Of a DNA stretch of 64,000 bases, positions 1-5,772 are shown one piece after another (positions within the stretch are counted from its first letter, which is position 1; each line of letters starts with the position of its first letter). Under the pieces are notes generated by a model. The model saw only the letters and a list, made by a program, of their open reading frames with translations. It had not been told where the DNA came from and ran no database searches. The stretch lies in IMG/VR virus record IMGVR_UViG_3300045988_107309; one strand, 5' to 3'. The stretch is from a virus. A program made the position numbers and the translations under genes.

Positions 1-4
1 ACCT

Positions 5-277
5 ATGTTTCCACCAGTGAGATTTTTGGTGCGTGAGTATGCTTCTTTTAAGAATCCGTCTAAGGTAGTGAAAGATTACATTGAAATCAGTGTAAAAAGG
101 TGGGATGATGATGAAGCACCTGCTTGTTGTTTTATGACTATGTACAGAGAGTCAGAAGCATACACTGGGTACTTAAAGGGGAAGACAGTTTACTTCCCGA
201 TTGAAATGTTCGCAGATGTGATTGAGCATTTGCAGGACACTGATGAAGAGTGTGAGAAAAGGAAGATAGAGTATTGA
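5..277 (+). CDS. hypothetical protein (frame open to left window edge, possibly 5'-truncated)
   Basis: ORF from track; followed by hairpin+T-tract terminator 287-318; no recognisable motif. Confidence 0.4.
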   Translation: MFPPVRFLVREYASFKNPSKVVKDYIEISVKRWDDDEAPACCFMTMYRESEAYTGYLKGKTVYFPIEMFADVIEHLQDTDEECEKRKIEY

Positions 278-286
278 TGTGAATGG

Positions 287-318
287 AGAGGTGTTAGAAA
301 TAGCACCTCTTCTTTTTT
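287..318 (+). terminator. rho-independent terminator
   Basis: AGAGGTG (287-293) / CACCTCT (304-310) stem followed by TCTTTTTT. Confidence 0.7.
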
Positions 319-339
319 GGTTATGTGTCTGTGACTGTA

Positions 340-523
340 GTGAGAGGTGTGCCTAAAAGGTGAATATAGGTATTGGTGTCTGTGAGTGAGAAATGCCCGA
401 AAGAGTGTTTAGTGATTTTGTGAGGTTATATAAGAAAACACTAAAAGAGGTGAGTGAGGTTCTGGAAAGACACTGAAATGAAAATATTCCGCATGAGATT
501 TAGTGATGTGAGAAAGAGGTGAG
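340..523 (+). repeat. left cluster of same-orientation GTGAG repeats (iteron-like)
   Basis: GTGAG at 340, 382, 386, 420, 450, 454, 508, 519; region G-rich and C-poor; non-coding. Confidence 0.5.
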
Positions 524-599
524 GGTGGAAGGTTATAATAAAGACATATATAAAGGAATATGCAGGTAGGCAGTACCTATATATCCGCATAAAAATTGG

Positions 600-840
600 T
601 AATGTATATGAGTGTATTATATGTGGTCTTTTAATAGTCCTATGTATATTATATGTATAATCACTGTGAATAAGTAATAATTATTCATTTATTTTATTGT
701 ACTATCCTATACTATATATTGTATATACACATACTATATACACACTATACATACTACATATAGTATATACACAACACATAACACAAGTGATACACAACAC
801 TATACACATGATGTATAAATATAAATCTTTTGAATAAAAA
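600..840. repeat. AT-rich low-complexity core (TATAC/ACACA repeats), nearly G-free on + strand about 700-812
   Basis: runs such as actatatacacactatacatactacatatagtatatacacaacacataacac; CACAACAC occurs twice; no ORF. Confidence 0.5.
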
Positions 841-1061
841 TTTTTGTGATTTCATTCATAACACAAGAAAATTATTGATTAAAACAGTGTGGTTTGAAGA
901 TTGGTGAAGAAAATTTGAGTTTGACAGTCATTTCTACCCAAAATAGAAGTACACCCACCCTTAAATGGTCTGTGGACTGCTGAGACTGCACCAAGTACCT
1001 CACAACTGGAACTCAAAAAGGCAAAGGTAGTGTATAAAATTACCCCTATACCCCTGTATGT

Positions 1062-1124
1062 GTGAGGTGTTGTGAGAAAAGGTGAGAAAGTGAGGTGTAA
1101 AAATTCTGTGAGGTATTTTGTGAG
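1062..1124 (+). repeat. right cluster of same-orientation GTGAG repeats, about 10-bp phasing
   Basis: GTGAG at 1062, 1072, 1082, 1090, 1108, 1120 (spacings 10, 10, 8, 18, 12). Confidence 0.55.
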
Positions 1125-1158
1125 AGTGGAAAAGTGGTCCTTAAAAGCAGGATTGGTC

Positions 1159-1231
1159 GCATTACGTCAATAACAATTATATTATATATTATATAAATAA
1201 TATTAAAGATTTATTGTTACAGATGTAATGC
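1159..1231. repeat. bipartite inverted repeat around an AT-only spacer
   Basis: GCATTAC(1159-1165)-5nt-TAACAAT(1171-1177) ... ATTGTTA(1213-1219)-5nt-GTAATGC(1225-1231); 35-nt A/T-only loop. Confidence 0.55.
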
Positions 1232-1248
1232 CGGACTGAGGACTTGAG

Positions 1249-1276
1249 TTGACTCTTTTAATGACTGTGATATAAT
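1249..1276 (+). promoter_or_regulatory. sigma70-type promoter with extended -10
   Basis: TTGACT (1249-1254), 16-nt spacer ending TGa, TATAAT (1271-1276). Confidence 0.55.
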
Positions 1277-1309
1277 AGAGCCATGCTAAAAAGAAAGCGA
1301 GGAAGAAAC

Positions 1310-1513
1310 ATGAGATTTATTTTAACAGTACTTTTAGTGTTCATGTTGGTCTGTTGGTTGTGTTGTTTAATCTATATGATGGCAAGAGAGAAGAACTTAC
1401 AGACAGCAGTGCTTGACTTGAAACACAAGTGGTTCTATTTAGTCCTGTTCATTGTGTTGACAGTGTTCATTGGTGGAATGTTCTATGTTCTGTATTTTGG
1501 AGGTGTGTTATGA
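1310..1513 (+). CDS. small membrane protein (2 predicted TM helices)
   Basis: ATG 1310 preceded by GAGGAAG RBS; track ORF start 1283 lies only 7 nt after the -10 box; hydrophobic stretches FILTVLLVFMLVCWLCCLIYM and FYLVLFIVLTVFIGGMFYVLYF. Confidence 0.5.
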   Translation: MRFILTVLLVFMLVCWLCCLIYMMAREKNLQTAVLDLKHKWFYLVLFIVLTVFIGGMFYVLYFGGVL

Positions 1514-1851
1514 TACATACTTCTGTTGAAGTGTTAGGCACTGAATATGATGTGCAGGTTGGTAAGCGAAAAGAGTTGCCAATTACAAAAGGGAACATGG
1601 GTGAGTGCAGAGTGTATGGAAAAGAGATTTACTGTGTTCACAATAGAGAGGATAACTGTTCTAAACAGGAGCGTGATGAAAGAACCAGTGAGATTGTGGC
1701 ACATGAAATGTTCCATGCGTTTGCAAATGAAGCCGGACTTGATTTAGATGATGACACTGAGGAAAGAGTTGCTATCTTTTACATGAAAGTGTGGAGGAAG
1801 ATGAACAACGCAATCTTGCAGGTGTTGGACGATAATCAGCTTTTGGAGTAG
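1510..1851 (+). CDS. small HExxH zinc-metallopeptidase-like protein
   Basis: ATG 1510 after GGAGGTG RBS (track ORF 1429 N-terminus overlaps previous gene); motif AHEMFHAF. Confidence 0.5.
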   Translation: MIHTSVEVLGTEYDVQVGKRKELPITKGNMGECRVYGKEIYCVHNREDNCSKQERDERTSEIVAHEMFHAFANEAGLDLDDDTEERVAIFYMKVWRKMNNAILQVLDDNQLLE

Positions 1852-1879
1852 TTGACACAGTTTTAAGCTGTGATATACT
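1852..1879 (+). promoter_or_regulatory. promoter of the tRNA/ncRNA array
   Basis: TTGACA (1852-1857), 16-nt spacer ending TGa, TATACT (1874-1879). Confidence 0.6.
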
Positions 1880-2018
1880 CTGAAATGTCTTCAAGAGAAG
1901 ACAGCTATTCCACCACTGGATAGACAGTCAATCGAAAGGTGGATATTGAAATGAAAATTCTATAAGGGTTAATAGTGCAGGTCATGTGAGTACCCTAACG
2001 AATGAAACCTGCACACAA

Positions 2019-2107
2019 GGAGTGTTACTCAAGTTGGTGAAGAGGAGAGATTGCTAATCTTTTAGTACGTTATATGCGTAGCACAGGTTCGAGTCCTGTA
2101 CACTCCG
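2019..2107 (+). tRNA. tRNA-Ser (anticodon GCU), type II with long variable arm
   Basis: acceptor GGAGTGT/ACACTCC, anticodon arm AGAGA-TTGCTAA-TCTTT, variable arm TACG..CGTA, T arm ACAGG-TTCGAGT-CCTGT. Confidence 0.85.
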
Positions 2108-2109
2108 TT

Positions 2110-2385
2110 TAGTGGTAATGAGACCATACACATTATGCAGTAATGCGTGTACCTACAAAATTCACCCGATAATAACAGGGCGAGGTGATAGTGTCCTTTA
2201 CCACTATTGGTAAGTGAAATGAGTTATACAGCCTATATTCCCATGTGGTAAGACTGTGTAGCAATAGTCAGTGGAAACAAATTCCGTAAGGTTACTGTTC
2301 TTTTGAAACAGTGTAAAAGAGTTCGGTGGACGGAACAGGCAGTCACCAAACCTGCAAGTAGGTGGAAAGCCTACAGACACTTACC
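2110..2385 (+). ncRNA. two helix-closed structured RNA modules of unknown function in the Ser to tRNA-like spacer
   Basis: TAGTGGTAA(2110-2118)/TTACCACTA(2198-2206) closes module 1; GGTAAGTG(2209-2216)/CACTTACC(2378-2385) closes module 2. Internal hairpins include ACTGTT-CTTTTGA-AACAGT and GTAGG-TGGAAAG-CCTAC. Confidence 0.3.
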
Positions 2386-2389
2386 TTAA

Positions 2390-2465
2390 TGAGTAGCTTT
2401 ATTGTGGAAGAAAACATCTGTGTTGCAACAGTGTTGTAAAGGAGGTTCGATACCTCCCTACTCAG
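2390..2465 (+). ncRNA. tRNA-like element with non-canonical anticodon arm (pseudo-tRNA?)
   Basis: perfect 7-bp acceptor TGAGTAG/CTACTCA and T arm GGAGG-TTCGATA-CCTCC. The central arm is a 7-bp bulged stem with a 6-nt loop GTTGCA, so there is no 7-nt anticodon loop. Confidence 0.5.
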
Positions 2466-2492
2466 TTCATAGAGTGCCGGAATGCTCTATGG

Positions 2493-2560
2493 TTAGACAC
2501 TCAGTTGTGCAGAAACCAATGACGTCAAAGGAAGAACAGAAACTACATGAGTGTATCTAA
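2493..2560 (+). ncRNA. helix-closed leader module abutting tRNA-Asn
   Basis: TTAGACACTCA(2493-2503) pairs with TGAGTGT-AT-CTAA(2548-2560); TTGTGCA follows the 5' strand (2505-2511); the module ends exactly at tRNA-Asn position 1. Confidence 0.35.
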
Positions 2561-2633
2561 TGGCTAATAGTTCAGTTGGTAGAACGTCTGACTGTTAATC
2601 AGAAAGTCACAGGTTCGAGTCCTGTTTAGCCAG
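2561..2633 (+). tRNA. tRNA-Asn (anticodon GUU)
   Basis: TGGCTAA/TTAGCCA acceptor (U1-A72 as in E. coli tRNA-Asn), D arm GTTC-AGTTGGTA-GAAC, anticodon loop CTGTTAA, T arm ACAGG-TTCGAGT-CCTGT. Confidence 0.9.
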
Positions 2634-2863
2634 TTTAGTCTTGTCAGCCGACTAAGTGAGGTATTCCAGTTTAAGTACGGAGGACTCACAATAAAAACGC
2701 TGATAGTCACAAACTCATAGTGTGAAAAGGGAAAGGTGCAGATAGCTTGTACGGATATGTACTGATTAACCTGTGAGGAGATAGTTGCCGAAACCACTCT
2801 AAGCTATCCAATGGAGTGTGAACGAAGTATAACAGCCGGACTTTCCTATCATAGTGACTTTAA

Positions 2864-2936
2864 GGGAATGTAACTCAGTTGGCAGAGTAGTAGACTTTTA
2901 ATCTATGAGTCGCACGTTCAAATCGTGTCATTCCCA
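2864..2936 (+). tRNA. tRNA-Lys (anticodon UUU)
   Basis: GGGAATG/CATTCCC acceptor, D arm ACTC-AGTTGGCA-GAGT, anticodon loop CTTTTAA, T arm GCACG-TTCAAAT-CGTGT. Confidence 0.9.
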
Positions 2937-2940
2937 TTTT

Positions 2941-3025
2941 CGGTGAGTGTGTCCAGATGGCGAAGACAAGTGACTGTAAATCACCCACATTAGAAACAAC
3001 GTAGGTTCGACTCCTACCTCACCGA
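2941..3025 (+). tRNA. tRNA-Tyr (anticodon GUA), long variable arm; ends +/-1 nt
   Basis: acceptor CGGTGAG/CTCACCG, anticodon loop CTGTAAA, long variable region, T arm GTAGG-TTCGACT-CCTAC, discriminator A. Confidence 0.8.
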
Positions 3026-3185
3026 CTTCTCTGGTAGTAATGTGCCGGAGAAAACACTCTCACTTTCATGTGTTAGAGATAAGCCAAGTAGGTGTGCTGA
3101 CAGCCCCTCCACTCGACTAACCGCCAGTGGAAACTAAGAAGTACCATTGACGGAAGGTAAATGCGTGAGAAAATGTCAGCTTTAT

Positions 3186-3257
3186 GCTGAGATAGCACAA
3201 TGGTAGTGCGACTGATTTGTAATCAGTAGGTTGTGGGTTCGACTCCCACTCTTAGCT
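3186..3257 (+). tRNA. tRNA-Thr (anticodon UGU)
   Basis: GCTGAGA/TCTTAGC acceptor, D arm GCAC-AATGGTA-GTGC, anticodon arm ACTGA-TTTGTAA-TCAGT, T arm GTGGG-TTCGACT-CCCAC. Confidence 0.9.
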
Positions 3258-3265
3258 TTTATTAT

Positions 3266-3337
3266 TGCCCTTTCGCCAAGCGGTAAGGCACAGGACTTTG
3301 ACTCCTGTATTCATTGGTTCGAGTCCAATAAGGGCAG
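3266..3337 (+). tRNA. tRNA-Gln (anticodon UUG)
   Basis: TGCCCTT/AAGGGCA acceptor (U1-A72), TCGCCAAGCGGTAAGGCAC D region as in E. coli tRNA-Gln, anticodon arm CAGGA-CTTTGAC-TCCTG, T arm ATTGG-TTCGAGT-CCAAT. Confidence 0.9.
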
Positions 3338-3338
3338 T

Positions 3339-3367
3339 TTGACAGCTTTTAGAAAGTGTGATATAGT
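3339..3367 (+). promoter_or_regulatory. internal promoter driving the Y-RNA-like module array
   Basis: TTGACA (3339-3344), 17-nt spacer ending TGa, TATAGT (3362-3367). Confidence 0.6.
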
Positions 3368-3396
3368 GTAAACACGCTGAAAGCAGTGTTAAAGAG

Positions 3397-3528
3397 AATA
3401 AGGAATGTGTAGTAAAAGATTACATCATGTTTAGCTCAATAGGTAGAGCATTATTTTTGGGAAATAAGTGTAGTTGGTTCGATTCCGACAATGTGAAAAA
3501 GAAGTCTTTTACGTTTTTCTTCCTTATT
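3397..3528 (+). ncRNA. Y-RNA-like module 1 (closing helices plus embedded canonical-order tRNA-like domain)
   Basis: P1 AATAAGGAA(3397-3405)/TTCCTTATT(3520-3528); TGTGTA facing GTTTTTC; P2 GTAAAAGAT(3412-3420)/GTCTTTTAC(3504-3512); TTACATCAT motif; upstream of the Ro60 gene. Confidence 0.6.
3425..3497 (+). tRNA. tRNA-Pro(UGG)-like domain inside module 1
   Basis: acceptor TCATGTT/AATGTGA (two G-U pairs), D arm GCTC-AATAGGTA-GAGC, anticodon arm TTATT-TTTGGGA-AATAA, T arm GTTGG-TTCGATT-CCGAC. The 5' acceptor strand overlaps the conserved TTACATCAT. Confidence 0.6.
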
Positions 3529-3542
3529 GATGAAAAGTAAAT

Positions 3543-3669
3543 TAAGTGGTTGTGCAGATAAAGTTTACATCATATTGTCAAGTGGTTAAGACAATTCCCT
3601 GCAACGGAATTAACGTGGGTTCAAATCCCACTATGAAAACAAAAAGACTTTATCGTTTTACTCCACTTA
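3543..3669 (+). ncRNA. Y-RNA-like module 2
   Basis: P1 TAAGTGG(3543-3549)/CCACTTA(3663-3669); TTGTGCA facing GTTTTACT; P2 GATAAAGTT(3557-3565)/GACTTTATC(3646-3654); TTACATCAT motif. Confidence 0.6.
3568..3639 (+). tRNA. tRNA-Cys(GCA)-like domain inside module 2 (acceptor only 5 of 7 paired)
   Basis: anticodon arm ATTCC-CTGCAAC-GGAAT, T arm GTGGG-TTCAAAT-CCCAC, D arm GTC-AAGTGGTTAA-GAC. Acceptor CATCATA/TATGAAA has two terminal mismatches and the discriminator is A, not U. Confidence 0.5.
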
Positions 3670-3684
3670 TGACAAGAATATAAT

Positions 3685-3832
3685 ATTTGGGTTGTGTACA
3701 TTTAGCTTACATCATAAATATCGGTTCGACTCCGATAATTTCCGCATTGGGAATTTGGCGAAATTGGAAAACGCAGAAGTCTTGAAAACTTCCTTATAAA
3801 AGGTTTACAGCTAAATGGCTTTGCTCCTAAAT
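3685..3832 (+). ncRNA. Y-RNA-like module 3 with circularly permuted tRNA-like domain (capped acceptor stem)
   Basis: P1 ATTTGGG(3685-3691)/CCTAAAT(3826-3832); TTGTGTA facing GCTTTGCT; P2 CATTTAGCT(3699-3707)/AGCTAAATG(3809-3817); T arm 3720-3736, acceptor AATTTCC-GCATT-GGGAATT 3737-3755, D arm, anticodon-like arm 3776-3792. Confidence 0.6.
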
Positions 3833-3848
3833 TTAACGAAGAACTAAT

Positions 3849-4001
3849 TGTAGCAGGATTGTGTAGTTATTGTTTACATCATAATTGTAGGTTCGATTCC
3901 TACTTTGTCACCCAAATTTGACAAATCGCCTAAATGGTAGGGCACTTCACTTTTAATGAAGCATAACGATTTCATACAATGGCGATTTTCTTCCTGCTAC
4001 A
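3849..4001 (+). ncRNA. Y-RNA-like module 4 with circularly permuted tRNA-like domain (capped acceptor stem)
   Basis: P1 TGTAGCAGGA(3849-3858)/TCCTGCTACA(3992-4001); TTGTGTA facing GATTTTCT; P2 GTTATTGT(3866-3873)/ACAATGGC(3976-3983); T arm 3887-3903, acceptor TTTGTCA-CCCAAATT-TGACAAA 3904-3925, D arm, anticodon-like arm 3945-3961. Confidence 0.6.
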
Positions 4002-4021
4002 TTTGAATAAGTTAAGTAAAG

Positions 4022-4056
4022 GACTTCACATCTTCCCGAATGTGAGGTCTTTTCTT
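4022..4056 (+). terminator. rho-independent terminator ending the RNA array
   Basis: GACTTCACAT(4022-4031)/ATGTGAGGTC(4040-4049) 10-bp stem, then TTTTCTT. Confidence 0.8.
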
Positions 4057-4089
4057 ATATAAACACATGAAAGAATGGAGGAATTTATT

Positions 4090-5772
4090 ATGGCAACAAT
4101 GAACAACAAACGTGGTAGTGTGAACATGAAACCAGACACCAGAAAGACAGTGAACCATGAGGGAAGTGTGGTACATAAGCTGAATACTCTTGAGACTTTA
4201 TTCAGTAAAGTACTGGGTAGCTTTTTCGGTGAGAAGTCTTTCTACGAGAAAGGGAAGACTGCTGAGAGTGATTTTAAAGAAATTCAAAAGCTGATTGCAG
4301 AAATCCCGGAGGAAGATATTGAGTATGCTCTTAAAGTAGCCAGAATTGGTAGAGAGTATAACATGATTCAGTATCCTTTGGCAGTACTCACAGCTTGTTT
4401 TAATGATGACAGATTCAAGGGTGAGAACTTCCTTGATGAAGAGACTGGTAAGAACAAGTTGCAGACCTACAGTGATTACATTATCCGCAGGGGTAAAGAC
4501 ATTACTGATGTTATGGCTATGCAGATGAATGTGTTTGGGTTTGATGTTGTTACAAAAGGTCGGGGCAAGAATAAGACCTCTCACAGAAATCAGCCACTTC
4601 CTATGCAGTTGAGAAAGGCTTTACAGCATAAGTTGGAGTCCTTTAATGAGTACCAGTTGTCTAAAGCACTGGGAGATAACAGAGAGGTGTCTATGGCTGA
4701 CTGTGTGAAGCTGTTGAGACCGAATCCGTCTAAGTCCAGAGTAGGAAGAGACTTCTTTAAGCAGATTATTGAGGGTACTGTTGTTTTTGGTGGAAGTGAA
4801 GAAGTAAAGCAGGTGCAGAGTGAACTTGCAAAGTCCAACAATAAGAACAGTAAGTCTACAAAGGCTGATGTTAAGAAGTCCATTGATACCTCTACAGTCA
4901 TGGCTATTGTTAAAAACCTTGTTGCACTTGATAAAGCAGGAATGTTTGAGGATAAAGAAGCTGTTGACAGCATTGTGGCTAAACTCACTAACAAGAAAGA
5001 GGTTGAGAAGTCCAGACTGTTACCTTTCCGCTTTTACAGTGCATATATGGAGGTTTCCAATCTGAGTAATTCTGCCGGAAAGAGAAGAGTCTTGGACGCT
5101 TTAGTAGAAGCACTTGACCTGTCTATTGATAACTTGCAGGATATTGAGGGTTACAGTGCTATCCTCATTGACAGAAGTGGAAGTATGAGTCACCCTGTTT
5201 CTGGTGCTTCTAATGTGACAGCAGACATTGTAGCTTGTATGTTAGGTGCTATCTGCTTTAAGAAAGGTATTGCAGACGTATATGTGTTTGCGAATGAGTG
5301 TAGGCAGGTGACTAATATCTCTAAGAAGTCTACAGTCATGGACATTATGAATGAGATTCAGAGACATAATGTTGGAGGTGGAACTTATCTTGATGTTGCA
5401 CTTCATCACTTGAACAGCCAGAGGACAAAGTATGACAATCTGATTGTTTTGTCGGATAATGACTGCTACAGTTCCAGTGGAAGTACTTTCAGACTGAGAG
5501 ACGGGTATGGTTGGGGCAGAGAGTCCTATAGCTGTGACAGTGAGTTGAATAAACTCTTTAACAATAAGGTTATTAAGAAACTTTATATTGATAACCTCTT
5601 AGGTAACAGCTTTGCTATTGCAAACACTGATGACTACAGGAAGAATCTTATCACTGGTTTTTCTGAAAGAGTCATTGATGTTATCAATGTGTACAGTTCT
5701 ATTGGTACAGGTGCGAGTGATGTGAGAAAGGTTATTGACTCCATTGTGGAAACTTTACCTACAAGAAAATAA
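4090..5772 (+). CDS. rsr: Ro60-related protein (TROVE-like helical domain plus vWA domain)
   Basis: GGAGGA RBS 7 nt before ATG 4090 (track start 4075). A roughly 370-aa helical region is followed by a vWA domain with MIDAS residues ILIDRSGSMS, GGGT and LSDND. Size and architecture match Ro60/Rsr, and it lies next to tRNA-like ncRNAs. Confidence 0.75.
   Translation: MATMNNKRGSVNMKPDTRKTVNHEGSVVHKLNTLETLFSKVLGSFFGEKSFYEKGKTAESDFKEIQKLIAEIPEEDIEYALKVARIGREYNMIQYPLAVLTACFNDDRFKGENFLDEETGKNKLQTYSDYIIRRGKDITDVMAMQMNVFGFDVVTKGRGKNKTSHRNQPLPMQLRKALQHKLESFNEYQLSKALGDNREVSMADCVKLLRPNPSKSRVGRDFFKQIIEGTVVFGGSEEVKQVQSELAKSNNKNSKSTKADVKKSIDTSTVMAIVKNLVALDKAGMFEDKEAVDSIVAKLTNKKEVEKSRLLPFRFYSAYMEVSNLSNSAGKRRVLDALVEALDLSIDNLQDIEGYSAILIDRSGSMSHPVSGASNVTADIVACMLGAICFKKGIADVYVFANECRQVTNISKKSTVMDIMNEIQRHNVGGGTYLDVALHHLNSQRTKYDNLIVLSDNDCYSSSGSTFRLRDGYGWGRESYSCDSELNKLFNNKVIKKLYIDNLLGNSFAIANTDDYRKNLITGFSERVIDVINVYSSIGTGASDVRKVIDSIVETLPTRK

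Noticed and set aside
2108-2465. Possible phage tmRNA (tRNA-like 3' end GGAGGTTCGATACCTCC-CTACTCA preceded by about 350 nt of structured RNA)
   Set aside because: The partner of the 3' acceptor strand lies only about 70 nt upstream (2390-2396), giving a tRNA-sized element. There is no G-U third pair, no plausible tag reading frame ending in a hydrophobic tail plus stop, and no encoded CCA-adjacent tmRNA signature.
2941-3025. Apparent C1-G72 first base pair in tRNA-Tyr (an archaeal/eukaryal-type identity element) combined with a bacterial-type long variable arm
   Set aside because: The register is ambiguous by one nucleotide. The alternative acceptor GGTGAGT gives G1-C72 but at the cost of a mismatch and a 4-bp T stem. 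Without a covariance-model alignment I cannot claim the unusual pair.
2019-3639. Possible link between the phage tRNA set and DGR output. Four anticodons (GUU, GCU, GUA, GCA) read NNY codons Asn, Ser, Tyr and Cys, which AAY mutagenesis produces
   Set aside because: The sample is small and the region is only 35 codons. Ordinary codon-usage compensation explains it equally well. No test is possible from this window.
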